Origin: Paraspadella gotoi
Lineage: Eukaryota > Animalia > Chaetognatha
Length of the DNA: 64,000 bases
Reading direction: 5' to 3'
Assembly (NCBI GenBank): GCA_051294375.1
Contig: CM119265.1
Coordinates: forward strand, 19,209,642-19,273,641
In this document: positions 1 to 14,044 of the stretch, piece after piece
Numbering within the stretch: position 1 is the first letter of the stretch
Layout of the letters: each line of letters opens with the position of its first letter
Made by a program: the position numbers and the translations under genes
Notes under the pieces: generated by a model
Database searches by the model: none
Seen by the model: the letters and a program-made list of their open reading frames with translations, nothing else
Told to the model about the DNA's origin: nothing

Positions 1-206
1 TCCCTTTTTCTTCTCGATTCTTTGCGAACTAAAAATAAAAAAATCCACCAAATCGCATTTCTGGTCTAAGATCTCCTCGAATTTCTTAAAAATCGAAGGG
101 AAAACTTCATCCAAAATTCAATTTGCATATTGAAATAAAAAATACTCGTCGCGGCAATCCAAGACTAGCCCGAAAATGAGTCTCTCTCTCTCTCTTCTCT
201 CTCTCT

Positions 207-254
<48 letters not shown>

Positions 255-2192
255 CCACTGTATCGAACATATTATAACGATCCTTCCGTCAGCCTTAAAA
301 TCGGCCTTTCGCGAACACTCGCCTTGAAATGAAACTGATATTCGATTCTATTGCTCCCGGACTCTGGGAGGACGTATCGATGCGATGGCACGCTTTGACG
401 CAAACGGCTTCGCTATTAGACGACGGAACGACGGACGACGACCGACGACGACGGACGACGACGACGACGACGACGACGGACGTTGAACTACTAGTAGCTG
501 AGGAAAAGTCCGTTTTCCCATTAATCGTGTCGTTGTCGTCGTTCGTCCGTCGTCGTCAGTTCTCCGAGCGTGGGTAGGTAACGGCGAAATCTTATTCGGG
601 TGGTATTTATTTTTAGCTAAGAGGAATTCTACGGGTCTTTACATCTAAATGTATCGCCATAAAACGGTTACGAGCGTACGCGATATTCATGAAGGTTCGG
701 AACGTTAGGTGAACGCGGAGGGGGGGGTGAAATTATTTTTCAATCCGTGGACAAACCTTTCGTTCTGTAAGTGTAAGTTTGGATGGAACGGGTTATTTTA
801 ACGGAGCTATTTGTTTACTGTTTTCTATCTTTAAATTTTTTTCTTTTAACCTGGAAAAACTTTAAATTTGTTTTATCTCTTTTTTTTTCTTTGTTCGTTT
901 TTATTTTTTTTCTTGCGCGTTCCGAAAGGGACGGAAAAAACCCGGTGAGAGATTAACCAGGGAGAAAAGTTTGAAATCTGTGGGGTTTGGTTATAAATTC
1001 TTGTCTGTGTGTGTGTGTGAGAGAGAGAGAGAGAAGAGAGGAGAAGAGGAGAGGAGAAGAGAGAGAGAGAGGAGAGAGAGAGAGAGAAGAGATGAGGAGA
1101 TAGAGAGCGAGAGGGAGGGGGGCTTCTGGTCCTTTGCATAGAGTAAGAAAAAAGAATTTTTTATAGTTTTTCGTGGGAATCAAGAGAGTCGCGATTCATG
1201 AGGATTTGACCTCTGAGAAAGATGAGCGATTCTCTCTGTTTTCTTTTTATGTTTTTATGATAATGATTATGAGGACGATGACGATGATGAAGACGGAGAT
1301 AAGGCTGATGTCGACACGAATGTTCTGTACAATCTACATTAACTTTAAAGAAGCCCGTTTCGAAAAAAAAACCTCAAATCTAAAACGTTCTCAAACGTCA
1401 GTTATACGCCCTCTTTTTTCTCAGAAATCTCACTTTAATAGATTTTTTAATTGTAACACATACTATAACCAAAATGCTTAACTGAGGGCGGCAAAAACAG
1501 TACATCTGTACATCATCTCTCTCTTTACGCCTACAATATACATTTATCAGTTAATACTATATATTAAATAGTCTGTTGAGATTCAGTTTCGGCGTCTTCC
1601 GTCTGCTTTTTCCCCCTTTAATTTCGAGGTTGTTTTCATTTAAAAATCGAATATCATTCCGAACCAGAACGACGGAAAAAAAGGTGAATCGTTAGAGTTC
1701 AGGCCTCGCTGATCGAGTTCTTTTTCTAAAAATTGACACCGAAAAAAAGAAATAAAACAAAACTTAATTTTTTCTGTCAGTTCGAATTTAAAAATGAGAG
1801 GGAAAATCCTTCGGAATTGAAAAAAAAAGGTGATTAAAAAAAACATTGACAGAAAAACGAAGTTTATATCCTTTAAATATTTTTCCATTCTGCGACTTCC
1901 GAAAAACAAAAAAGAAGAGGGAAGGGGCGATAGGCTTCTGCGGGAGCCCCTTGGGGGGGCGTAACGATATGGAAGGGGGAGTGGAGAGTGGACCCAGGCC
2001 ACTTCCCTAGACATCATCTCCTGCAAGGGAGGTCTGGAATTTTCAAAGTATTTCGAAATGGGAAAATATTTTCCAGATTTAAAAACATCGGACTTCAATT
2101 TTTCCGTCGAAAAACAAACTTTTCTTCGCCAAAGACTTGAGGACTCTCGGGTCTGGAAATGTACTCTATTTCATCGGATCTCTTTTTTTTGA

Positions 2193-2193
<1 letters not shown>

Positions 2194-2228
<35 letters not shown>

Positions 2229-4977
2229 AGAGATGAGAGAGAGAGAGAGACTCGAGACTGAGAGGAGAAAGAAGGAGAGAGAGAGGAGAGGAAGAGGAGA
2301 GAGACAAGAAAAAGAAGAGAGAAAGAAGAGATGAGAAAAGAAGAGAGAGAGAGAGAGAAGAATAGAGTAGGCAGGAGAAGAGGAGGAAAAGAAGAAGGGG
2401 AGAAGAGAGATAAGGTAGAGAGAAGAGAGAGAAGAAGAGGAAGAGAAAAGAGAGAGAAAGAGAGAAGGAAGTAAAAGAAGAAAGAGAGGAGAGAGGAGAG
2501 AGGAGAAGAGGAAAAGTGAGAGAAAAGGAAGAGATAAAGGAGGGAGAAAAGAGAGGGGAGGAAAAGAGAGAAGAAAGGAGGAAGAGAAGAGGAAGAAGAC
2601 AGGGAGAGAGAGAGAAGAGCACAAAGAGAGAGATAGAGAGAGAGAGGGAGGACTCCGAAGAGACGTCAGGAGAAGGAGGAGGGGGCAGAGAGGGAACGAA
2701 AGGAGAGAGAGAGAGGAAAGATGAGGAGAAGAGAGAGAAGAGGGAGGAAGGAGGAAGGAAGAGACAGAGACGAGAGAGAGACAGAAAAAAAGAAGAGAAT
2801 AACGAGGAAGTAAGAGAATAGGGGATTAGAGATGAGAAAAGGGAAGACAGGAGGAGAAGGTTAGCGGGAAGGGAGAGAGGAAGAAGAAGAAGAGATGAGA
2901 AGAGAGGGACCAGGAGAGAGGGAAGAAGGAGAGAGAGAAAGAGAGAAATAAGAGGACTAAGAGAACGTGCAGAGAGGACCCATAGGAGGAAGAGGAGGAG
3001 AAAAGAAAGGAGAGAGATTGAGAAGGAGAGGAGAGAGAGGAGAAAGGGAGAGAAACAAGAGAGGACTAAGAGAAGAGAGGAAGAGAAGAAATGAAAAGAA
3101 GAAAGAAAGGTAGAGAGAAGAGAGTAGAAGAGGACCGAGAGAATGAGAGAAAAGCAGAGAGAGCGAAAGGAAAGAGAGGAGAAAGAAGGATAGGAAGGAG
3201 AGAGAGGAGAGAGAGAGAGGAGAGATATAGCAAGAGAGGTAGACGGAGCAGGGAAGATAGGAAGAAGCAGAAAAGATGAGAGACGAACAAAGAGAGTAGA
3301 AGAGTGGAGCAGAGTGAGAGGAGGTAGAATGCATTGGCGGAGATCAGGAGGGAGATTGAGTACAGCGGAGGTAGAAGAGGCAGATGAGGACGAGAGACGG
3401 ACGAGAATGAGGGATGAGCGAGGATGGGTAGTCGACAGATAGAGAGGGAGGGAGTGACTGAGGAGAAGAGGCTAGATGAAGAGGAATGAGTGAGTAAGGA
3501 GGATGGGATGGAACTGACACAACGAAGACGTGATGGAGAGGAGAGAGGGCGAGAAGGAGATGAGGAGGATGAGCAAGGAGAGAAAGATCAGAGAAGGAAG
3601 GAGAGTGAAGGACGAGAGAGGAGAGAGGGAATAGAGAGAGAGAGGACCGGGGAGAGAGGAAGACGAGCGATCAAGAGTGTGCTAAGAGAGCAGAGAGATG
3701 AGGAGTGATCGAGGATGTGGAGAGGAGAGAATGAGAAGAGGCAGGAGGAGGGGAAGAGAGTAGTCAATGAGGATGAACCGGGAGGATTGACGACGCTCGA
3801 GGGGGAGAGAAGACGGAGGACGGAGAGAGGGGTTGGAGAGAGGAGCTGACGAGGTACGGAGCGAGGGATGGAGTGAAGATTGACGGCACGGGGCAATGGA
3901 GAATGATGGTAGCAACGAGCGAATCGAAGACAGAGGGATGGAGGGAAGAAGAGAAGAGAGAGAAAGAGAGAGAAGAGATGAGGAAGGAGAGAGGACATAG
4001 GAGGATTAGAGTGAAAAGACAGAAGAAAGGAAGAGGGAAAGAGAGAGAGAGAGAGGAGAAGAGGAGGGATGAAGAGAGAGAGAAAAGAGGACAGAGAGAC
4101 ACACGGAGGACAGAGAGCCGAAGGAGTATGAGAAAGAGAAAGACGGAGTGACGAGATGGGGAGAGAAAGAGATGAGCGGAGGGAGAAGACGAGAAGGGAA
4201 GAGAAGGGAGAAAGGGGAAGGGCAGAGGAGAGTTGAGGAGAAGGATCTAGAGGATAGAGAACGGAGAGTGAAGAATGAAGATAAGGAGACGATCGTTGGA
4301 CGGGAGGACGAAGGGTAGAGAGTGAACTAGGGGATGAGATAGAGGAGGAGAGAGCGGAAAGTGAGAACGAAAAGCCAAATATTGATGAGACTGGATGATG
4401 CCGAAGAGGAGAGAGCAACTGGCCGCACGGAGACACGGAGAAGAGAGGAGTGATCCTACGAATGTGAGAAAGGGAGAGAAGTGAATGGCGAGCACCGGAC
4501 ATAAAAGGAGGCGGGAGAAGTCAAGAAAAAGAGCCACAAGAGCAAAACAAAGAAAAGACAGAGAACGCATGACACAAAAAGTGGGGAATTGGAGACAGTA
4601 GCCAACCAGAAAAAAAAGACGGTGAGAGCAAAGACAAACAGAGACAGTATCAGAGAGGAGAAGCAGAAAAGGAAAGGAGAGAGAAAGGGGGGTGGAGACT
4701 CGAGTACAGAAGCAGGACGTCTGATTTGAGGGGGCGAAGAAAAAGAAAAGAGAGTAACGAGATACGATATGGAGAGAAGAGCAACGAAGACAGAGAAGAC
4801 AGAGAGAGAGCAGAAAGAAGGAGAAGAAGAAAGAAACAAATAGAAAGAAGAAGCAAAGTAGAGACAGAGCCAGAGAAGAGCAGGAAAGAAAAGAGAAGAC
4901 GAGCAGAGAAAAGAGCAAGAGAACAAGAGAACAAAATAGAAGAGAGAAAAAGACAGAAGAGAGAGAGAGAGAGAGAG
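2194..4977 (+). repeat. 2.8-kb degenerate polypurine (GA-rich) low-complexity tract
   Basis: Almost all A/G on the + strand. It starts and ends in clean (GA)n, and its ORFs are only R/E/K/G-rich or L/S/F/P-rich. Confidence 0.9.
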
Positions 4978-5359
4978 ATTAAGAACAAACAAACAGCGGT
5001 TTTGCTAGACAAGTGACGACATACCTAATCGTAATAAAGATATTTTTAAAAATATTTCGTCGGACAAGGAGACGGAGAAACTTGAGTCAAGATTAACTTT
5101 GTTTTGGAAACATGGCTTATGGAATTTATAAAGGATTATAAAAAAAGTTCTAGAAACCCGCACAAAGACTTCTCGCGGGTCTGTTCATGGCGACAACGAC
5201 GATTTTCTAAAACGTCGTCGACATAAAAAAAAATCCCTGCGAACAAAAAGGGGAGTGGAATGGGGAGAGAAATGGTTAAAGAATGGTTCGCTGGGAGAAG
5301 TTGAGTGAGGAGAGAGAATAGGAAAAGGAAGATGAAGATTGAAAAGTGATGGACATGGA

Positions 5360-5485
5360 AGGAAAGAAGGAAGGGAAAGGAAGGAAGAAGGAAGGAAGGA
5401 AGGAAGGAAGGAAGGAAGGAAGGAGGAAGGAAGGAAGGAAGGAAGGAAGGAAGGAAGGAGGAAGGAAGGAAGGGAAAGAAGAAAG
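5360..5485 (+). repeat. (GGAA)n microsatellite (copies at about 12655-12780 and, degenerate, about 37580-37715)
   Basis: Directly visible tandem GGAA units. Confidence 0.9.
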
Positions 5486-6183
5486 AATGATGTCGTGTGA
5501 GGATTTATAAGAAGGAATAAGTGATGGGTTAAAGAGGCCCAGGCGGCGGCCGGCGGGTTGACGGGGCGTCAGCAGCGTCGGTAGCTTTCAGCGGCCGGCG
5601 GCGTTGAGTGCCGCCTTTAAAAGAATAGGGCAGCGGCGACTGTGGGCCGTTCAAAGCATGGCGGCGTTGCGGAGCGGAGACTTTTGGCAAAAGCCGCGGT
5701 TCACGCAATTTATTTAAAACGAAAGAGAAAACGGATTTTGATGGGAATTCGATCGGAAGATTGATTGGAGATGAGATTTCGAAGTGAAGTCACTGACATT
5801 TGCTTAAAAACACTTTTCATTTTTAAAAAAATTGTTTACCTTTTTTTTATTTTGTCTCTTTACTCTCATTTTAAAATCCTTTGGTACAATGTTTTATTTT
5901 TCTTCTTTCTTTCTTTCTTTCTTTTTTCTTTCTTTCTTTCTTTTCTTTCTTTCTTCTTCTTTCTTCTTCTTTCTTTCGTTCTTCTTTCTCGCCCTATTTT
6001 CTCGCAGAATTTCTTTTTTTTTAAATCCGCATCAATTATCTTCCATATGCCTTCGGTTCCCAGCGAATCCGATCCCTGCCCTCAGTTCGGCCTCCCAAAA
6101 GTCTTTCAATAACATTTCATCTTCGAAAATTCATAAAATATCCAATCCGTGACAAAACATTCGTTTTCCCATGCTTATTTGAG

Positions 6184-6221
<38 letters not shown>

Positions 6222-6255
6222 CGAGAGATCAGAGAGAGAGAGAGGATGGAGAGAT

Positions 6256-6288
<33 letters not shown>

Positions 6289-6773
6289 TGGAAAACAGCT
6301 GTCGGGATTCCTTAAAGAAGTTGAACTTTGAAATTTAGTAACCGTGTGGCCCAGAGTTTAAAACTTCAGGGCGACAATGTCGTCACATCGCTTTCATGTT
6401 GAGCTTTGGTGCAACCGAATTTGGGGTAAAAAGCAGCCCCCCTCAAGAAACAAAAAAAAACACTGTTTAACTGCATCGTTAAAAAGAGTCCGACTCTGAG
6501 CATTCCATATTTGAATTATCAAAGTTAGAAAACGATGACCACAGAATTTTGTTATTTTCGTTTCCAACAAATAAAAACCAATCTATAAACCCCTTACCCC
6601 CACCCCACCCCTCTCCCATTTTCCCCCCACCCTCCCCTTTTTCCCCCACCGACGCCGACGCCATTTTTCTTCAGGATTCATTATTTCTCTATTATCTTTT
6701 TCGCTCGAAATAAATTTTTCGCGAAAAACCAAAACAAAACAAAATTGGNNNNNNNNNNNNNNNNNNNNNNNNN

Positions 6774-6979
6774 CTTTGTTCGGGTTTCTAGAAACTTTTT
6801 TATAATCCTTAAATATAAAATTCCATAAGCATGTTCAAACAAAGTTTAATCTTTGACTCAAGTTTCTCCGTCTCCTTGTCGACGAATATTTTTAAAAATA
6901 TCTTTATTACGAATTAGTATGTCGTCACTTGCAGCAAAACCGCTGTTTGTTGTTCTAATCTCTCTCTCTCTCTCTCTCT
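6774..6979 (-). repeat. Inverted copy of about 4960-5168
   Basis: ctttgttcgggtttctagaaac is the near reverse complement of gttctagaaacccgcacaaag (about 5147-5168). The match continues to the (TC)n tract, and the block has N gaps on both sides. Confidence 0.88.
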
Positions 6980-7145
6980 NNNNNNNNNNNNNNNNNNNNN
7001 NNNNNNNNNNNNNNNNNNNNNNNNNNNNNNNNNNNNNNNNNNNNNNNNNNNNNNNNNNNNNNNNNNNNNNNNNNNNNNNNNNNNNNNNNNNNNNNNNNNN
7101 NNNNNNNNNNNNNNNNNNNNNNNNNNNNNNNNNNNNNNNNNNNNN

Positions 7146-8183
7146 TTTCAAAAAAAGAGATCCGATGAAATAGAGTACATTTCCAGACCCGAGAGTCCTC
7201 AAGTCTTTTGGCGAAGAAAAGTTTGTTTTTCGACGAAAATTGAGTCCGGATGTTTTTAATCTGGAAAATATTTTCCCTTTCGTAAATCACTTTGAAAATT
7301 CCAGACCTCCCTTTGCAGGAGATGATGTCTAGGGAAGTGGCCTGGCACTCTCCACTCCCCCTTCCATATCGGTTACGCCCCCCAAGGGGGCTCCCCAGAA
7401 GCCTATCGCCCCCCTTCCCTCTTCTTTTTTTTTTCGGAAGTCCCGCGAGATGGAAAAATATTTAAAGGATATAAACTTCGTTTCTGTCAATGTTTTTTAA
7501 TCACCTTTTTTTTTTCAATTCGAAGGATTTTCTCATTTTTAATTCGAACTGACAGAGAAAATTAAAGTTTTGTTTTATTTCTTTTTTTCGGTGTCAATTT
7601 TTTAGAAAAAGTATCGATCACGAGGCTGAACTCTAACGATTCACCTTTTTTTCGTCGGTTCTGGTTTTCGGAAGATTAATTCGATTTTTAATGAAAACAA
7701 ACCTCGAAAATTAAAGGGGGAAAAAAGCAGACGAAAACGCCGAAACTGAATCTAACAGACTATTTAATATATAGTATTTACTATAAATGTAGATTGTAGA
7801 CGTAAAGAGAGAGATGATGTACAGATGTACTGTTTTTGCCGCCCGAAAAGTTAAGCATTTTGGTATAGTATGTCATCGAATTGTGTTAAATTAAAAATCT
7901 ATTTTAAGTGAGATTTCTGAGAAAAAGAAGGCGTATAACTGACGTTTGAGAAACGTTTTAGAAATTTGAGGTTTTTTTCGGAACGGACTTCTTTAAGTTA
8001 ATGTAGATTACAGAACATTCGTGTCGACATCAGCCTTATCTTCGTCTTCATCATCGTCATCGTCCTCATAATCATTATCATCAAAAAATAAAAAGAAAAC
8101 AAGGAAGAGAATCGCTCATCTTCTCAGAGTCAAATCCTCATGAATCGCGATCCTCTTGATTCCCACGAAAAACTATAAAAATC
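7146..8183 (-). repeat. Inverted copy of about 1157-2193
   Basis: ttcaaaaaaagagatccgatgaaatagag is the reverse complement of 2164-2193. The peptide MRTLGSGNVLYFIGSLF occurs at 2137 (+) and 7202 (-). The block ends in the reverse complement of ttatagtttttcgtggga. Confidence 0.92.
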
Positions 8184-9488
8184 TCTTTGTTCGTTTTTAT
8201 TTTTTTTCTTGCGCGTTCCGAAAGGGACGGAAAAAACCCGGTGAGAGATTAACCAGGGAGAAAAGTTTGAAATCTGTGGGGTTTGGTTATAAATTCTTGT
8301 CTGTGTGTGTGTGTGAGAGAGAGAGAGAGAAGAGAGGAGAAGAGGAGAGGAGAAGAGAGAGAGAGAGGAGAGAGAGAGAGAGAAGAGATGAGGAGATAGA
8401 GAGCGAGAGGGAGGGGGGCTTCTGGTCCTTTGCATAGAGTAAGAAAAAAGAATTTTTTATAGTTTTTCGTGGGAATCAAGAGAGTCGCGATTCATGAGGA
8501 TTTGACCTCTGAGAAAGATGAGCGATTCTCTCTGTTTTCTTTTTATGTTTTTATGATAATGATTATGAGGACGATGACGATGATGAAGACGGAGATAAGG
8601 CTGATGTCGACACGAATGTTCTGTACAATCTACATTAACTTTAAAGAAGCCCGTTTCGAAAAAAAAACCTCAAATCTAAAACGTTCTCAAACGTCAGTTA
8701 TACGCCCTCTTTTTTCTCAGAAATCTCACTTTAATAGATTTTTTAATTGTAACACATACTATAACCAAAATGCTTAACTGAGGGCGGCAAAAACAGTACA
8801 TCTGTACATCATCTCTCTCTTTACGCCTACAATATACATTTATCAGTTAATACTATATATTAAATAGTCTGTTGAGATTCAGTTTCGGCGTCTTCCGTCT
8901 GCTTTTTCCCCCTTTAATTTCGAGGTTGTTTTCATTTAAAAATCGAATATCATTCCGAACCAGAACGACGGAAAAAAAGGTGAATCGTTAGAGTTCAGGC
9001 CTCGCTGATCGAGTTCTTTTTCTAAAAATTGACACCGAAAAAAAGAAATAAAACAAAACTTAATTTTTTCTGTCAGTTCGAATTTAAAAATGAGAGGGAA
9101 AATCCTTCGGAATTGAAAAAAAAAGGTGATTAAAAAAAACATTGACAGAAAAACGAAGTTTATATCCTTTAAATATTTTTCCATTCTGCGACTTCCGAAA
9201 AACAAAAAAGAAGAGGGAAGGGGCGATAGGCTTCTGCGGGAGCCCCTTGGGGGGGCGTAACGATATGGAAGGGGGAGTGGAGAGTGGACCCAGGCCACTT
9301 CCCTAGACATCATCTCCTGCAAGGGAGGTCTGGAATTTTCAAAGTATTTCGAAATGGGAAAATATTTTCCAGATTTAAAAACATCGGACTTCAATTTTTC
9401 CGTCGAAAAACAAACTTTTCTTCGCCAAAGACTTGAGGACTCTCGGGTCTGGAAATGTACTCTATTTCATCGGATCTCTTTTTTTTGA

Positions 9489-9524
<36 letters not shown>

Positions 9525-12500
9525 AGAGATGAGAGAGAGAGAGAGACTCGAGACTGAGAGGAGAAAGAAGGAGAGAGAGAGGAGAGGAAGAGGAGAGAGA
9601 CAAGAAAAAGAAGAGAGAAAGAAGAGATGAGAAAAGAAGAGAGAGAGAGAGAGAAGAATAGAGTAGGCAGGAGAAGAGGAGGAAAAGAAGAAGGGGAGAA
9701 GAGAGATAAGGTAGAGAGAAGAGAGAGAAGAAGAGGAAGAGAAAAGAGAGAGAAAGAGAGAAGGAAGTAAAAGAAGAAAGAGAGGAGAGAGGAGAGAGGA
9801 GAAGAGGAAAAGTGAGAGAAAAGGAAGAGATAAAGGAGGGAGAAAAGAGAGGGGAGGAAAAGAGAGAAGAAAGGAGGAAGAGAAGAGGAAGAAGACAGGG
9901 AGAGAGAGAGAAGAGCACAAAGAGAGAGATAGAGAGAGAGAGGGAGGACTCCGAAGAGACGTCAGGAGAAGGAGGAGGGGGCAGAGAGGGAACGAAAGGA
10001 GAGAGAGAGAGGAAAGATGAGGAGAAGAGAGAGAAGAGGGAGGAAGGAGGAAGGAAGAGACAGAGACGAGAGAGAGACAGAAAAAAAGAAGAGAATAACG
10101 AGGAAGTAAGAGAATAGGGGATTAGAGATGAGAAAAGGGAAGACAGGAGGAGAAGGTTAGCGGGAAGGGAGAGAGGAAGAAGAAGAAGAGATGAGAAGAG
10201 AGGGACCAGGAGAGAGGGAAGAAGGAGAGAGAGAAAGAGAGAAATAAGAGGACTAAGAGAACGTGCAGAGAGGACCCATAGGAGGAAGAGGAGGAGAAAA
10301 GAAAGGAGAGAGATTGAGAAGGAGAGGAGAGAGAGGAGAAAGGGAGAGAAACAAGAGAGGACTAAGAGAAGAGAGGAAGAGAAGAAATGAAAAGAAGAAA
10401 GAAAGGTAGAGAGAAGAGAGTAGAAGAGGACCGAGAGAATGAGAGAAAAGCAGAGAGAGCGAAAGGAAAGAGAGGAGAAAGAAGGATAGGAAGGAGAGAG
10501 AGGAGAGAGAGAGAGGAGAGATATAGCAAGAGAGGTAGACGGAGCAGGGAAGATAGGAAGAAGCAGAAAAGATGAGAGACGAACAAAGAGAGTAGAAGAG
10601 TGGAGCAGAGTGAGAGGAGGTAGAATGCATTGGCGGAGATCAGGAGGGAGATTGAGTACAGCGGAGGTAGAAGAGGCAGATGAGGACGAGAGACGGACGA
10701 GAATGAGGGATGAGCGAGGATGGGTAGTCGACAGATAGAGAGGGAGGGAGTGACTGAGGAGAAGAGGCTAGATGAAGAGGAATGAGTGAGTAAGGAGGAT
10801 GGGATGGAACTGACACAACGAAGACGTGATGGAGAGGAGAGAGGGCGAGAAGGAGATGAGGAGGATGAGCAAGGAGAGAAAGATCAGAGAAGGAAGGAGA
10901 GTGAAGGACGAGAGAGGAGAGAGGGAATAGAGAGAGAGAGGACCGGGGAGAGAGGAAGACGAGCGATCAAGAGTGTGCTAAGAGAGCAGAGAGATGAGGA
11001 GTGATCGAGGATGTGGAGAGGAGAGAATGAGAAGAGGCAGGAGGAGGGGAAGAGAGTAGTCAATGAGGATGAACCGGGAGGATTGACGACGCTCGAGGGG
11101 GAGAGAAGACGGAGGACGGAGAGAGGGGTTGGAGAGAGGAGCTGACGAGGTACGGAGCGAGGGATGGAGTGAAGATTGACGGCACGGGGCAATGGAGAAT
11201 GATGGTAGCAACGAGCGAATCGAAGACAGAGGGATGGAGGGAAGAAGAGAAGAGAGAGAAAGAGAGAGAAGAGATGAGGAAGGAGAGAGGACATAGGAGG
11301 ATTAGAGTGAAAAGACAGAAGAAAGGAAGAGGGAAAGAGAGAGAGAGAGAGGAGAAGAGGAGGGATGAAGAGAGAGAGAAAAGAGGACAGAGAGACACAC
11401 GGAGGACAGAGAGCCGAAGGAGTATGAGAAAGAGAAAGACGGAGTGACGAGATGGGGAGAGAAAGAGATGAGCGGAGGGAGAAGACGAGAAGGGAAGAGA
11501 AGGGAGAAAGGGGAAGGGCAGAGGAGAGTTGAGGAGAAGGATCTAGAGGATAGAGAACGGAGAGTGAAGAATGAAGATAAGGAGACGATCGTTGGACGGG
11601 AGGACGAAGGGTAGAGAGTGAACTAGGGGATGAGATAGAGGAGGAGAGAGCGGAAAGTGAGAACGAAAAGCCAAATATTGATGAGACTGGATGATGCCGA
11701 AGAGGAGAGAGCAACTGGCCGCACGGAGACACGGAGAAGAGAGGAGTGATCCTACGAATGTGAGAAAGGGAGAGAAGTGAATGGCGAGCACCGGACATAA
11801 AAGGAGGCGGGAGAAGTCAAGAAAAAGAGCCACAAGAGCAAAACAAAGAAAAGACAGAGAACGCATGACACAAAAAGTGGGGAATTGGAGACAGTAGCCA
11901 ACCAGAAAAAAAAGACGGTGAGAGCAAAGACAAACAGAGACAGTATCAGAGAGGAGAAGCAGAAAAGGAAAGGAGAGAGAAAGGGGGGTGGAGACTCGAG
12001 TACAGAAGCAGGACGTCTGATTTGAGGGGGCGAAGAAAAAGAAAAGAGAGTAACGAGATACGATATGGAGAGAAGAGCAACGAAGACAGAGAAGACAGAG
12101 AGAGAGCAGAAAGAAGGAGAAGAAGAAAGAAACAAATAGAAAGAAGAAGCAAAGTAGAGACAGAGCCAGAGAAGAGCAGGAAAGAAAAGAGAAGACGAGC
12201 AGAGAAAAGAGCAAGAGAACAAGAGAACAAAATAGAAGAGAGAAAAAGACAGAAGAGAGAGAGAGAGAGAGAGATTAAGAACAAACAAACAGCGGTTTTG
12301 CTAGACAAGTGACGACATACCTAATCGTAATAAAGATATTTTTAAAAATATTTCGTCGGACAAGGAGACGGAGAAACTTGAGTCAAGATTAACTTTGTTT
12401 TGGAAACATGGCTTATGGAATTTATAAAGGATTATAAAAAAAGTTCTAGAAACCCGCACAAAGACTTCTCGCGGGTCTGTTCATGGCGACAACGACGATT

Positions 12501-13479
12501 TTCTAAAACGTCGTCGACATAAAAAAAAATCCCTGCGAACAAAAAGGGGAGTGGAATGGGGAGAGAAATGGTTAAAGAATGGTTCGCTGGGAGAAGTTGA
12601 GTGAGGAGAGAGAATAGGAAAAGGAAGATGAAGATTGAAAAGTGATGGACATGGAAGGAAAGAAGGAAGGGAAAGGAAGGAAGAAGGAAGGAAGGAAGGA
12701 AGGAAGGAAGGAAGGAAGGAGGAAGGAAGGAAGGAAGGAAGGAAGGAAGGAAGGAGGAAGGAAGGAAGGGAAAGAAGAAAGAATGATGTCGTGTGAGGAT
12801 TTATAAGAAGGAATAAGTGATGGGTTAAAGAGGCCCAGGCGGCGGCCGGCGGGTTGACGGGGCGTCAGCAGCGTCGGTAGCTTTCAGCGGCCGGCGGCGT
12901 TGAGTGCCGCCTTTAAAAGAATAGGGCAGCGGCGACTGTGGGCCGTTCAAAGCATGGCGGCGTTGCGGAGCGGAGACTTTTGGCAAAAGCCGCGGTTCAC
13001 GCAATTTATTTAAAACGAAAGAGAAAACGGATTTTGATGGGAATTCGATCGGAAGATTGATTGGAGATGAGATTTCGAAGTGAAGTCACTGACATTTGCT
13101 TAAAAACACTTTTCATTTTTAAAAAAATTGTTTACCTTTTTTTTATTTTGTCTCTTTACTCTCATTTTAAAATCCTTTGGTACAATGTTTTATTTTTCTT
13201 CTTTCTTTCTTTCTTTCTTTTTTCTTTCTTTCTTTCTTTTCTTTCTTTCTTCTTCTTTCTTCTTCTTTCTTTCGTTCTTCTTTCTCGCCCTATTTTCTCG
13301 CAGAATTTCTTTTTTTTTAAATCCGCATCAATTATCTTCCATATGCCTTCGGTTCCCAGCGAATCCGATCCCTGCCCTCAGTTCGGCCTCCCAAAAGTCT
13401 TTCAATAACATTTCATCTTCGAAAATTCATAAAATATCCAATCCGTGACAAAACATTCGTTTTCCCATGCTTATTTGAG

Positions 13480-13517
<38 letters not shown>

Positions 13518-13551
13518 CGAGAGATCAGAGAGAGAGAGAGGATGGAGAGAT

Positions 13552-13584
<33 letters not shown>

Positions 13585-14044
13585 TGGAAAACAGCTGTCG
13601 GGATTCCTTAAAGAAGTTGAACTTTGAAATTTAGTAACCGTGTGGCCCAGAGTTTAAAACTTCAGGGCGACAATGTCGTCACATCGCTTTCATGTTGAGC
13701 TTTGGTGCAACCGAATTTGGGGTAAAAAGCAGCCCCCCTCAAGAAACAAAAAAAAACACTGTTTAACTGCATCGTTAAAAAGAGTCCGACTCTGAGCATT
13801 CCATATTTGAATTATCAAAGTTAGAAAACGATGACCACAGAATTTTGTTATTTTCGTTTCCAACAAATAAAAACCAATCTATAAACCCCTTACCCCCACC
13901 CCACCCCTCTCCCATTTTCCCCCCACCCTCCCCTTTTTCCCCCACCGACGCCGACGCCATTTTTCTTCAGGATTCATTATTTCTCTATTATCTTTTTCGC
14001 TCGAAATAAATTTTTCGCGAAAAACCAAAACAAAACAAAATTGG
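8184..14044 (+). repeat. Copy 2 of the 5.86-kb direct duplication, including a second purine tract at 9490-12273
   Basis: Same ORF set as 888-6748 at +7296 bp. It continues past 14044 into unique sequence where copy 1 has a gap. Confidence 0.95.

Larger units (their letters stand above)
888..6748 (+). repeat. Copy 1 of an apparently exact 5.86-kb direct duplication (copy 2 at 8184-14044)
   Basis: The ORF track repeats with identical translations at a constant 7296-bp offset (953/8249, 1173/8469, 3588/10884, 6479/13775). Boundaries were checked by eye; the right end abuts an N gap. Confidence 0.95.

Noticed and set aside
2095-5016. Many overlapping ORFs up to 304 aa (L/S/F-rich on -, R/E/K-rich on +), duplicated at 9391-12312
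   Set aside because: These are translations of a polypurine/polypyrimidine tract that rarely contains stop codons. They show no domain signal, and the tract is likely a read artefact.
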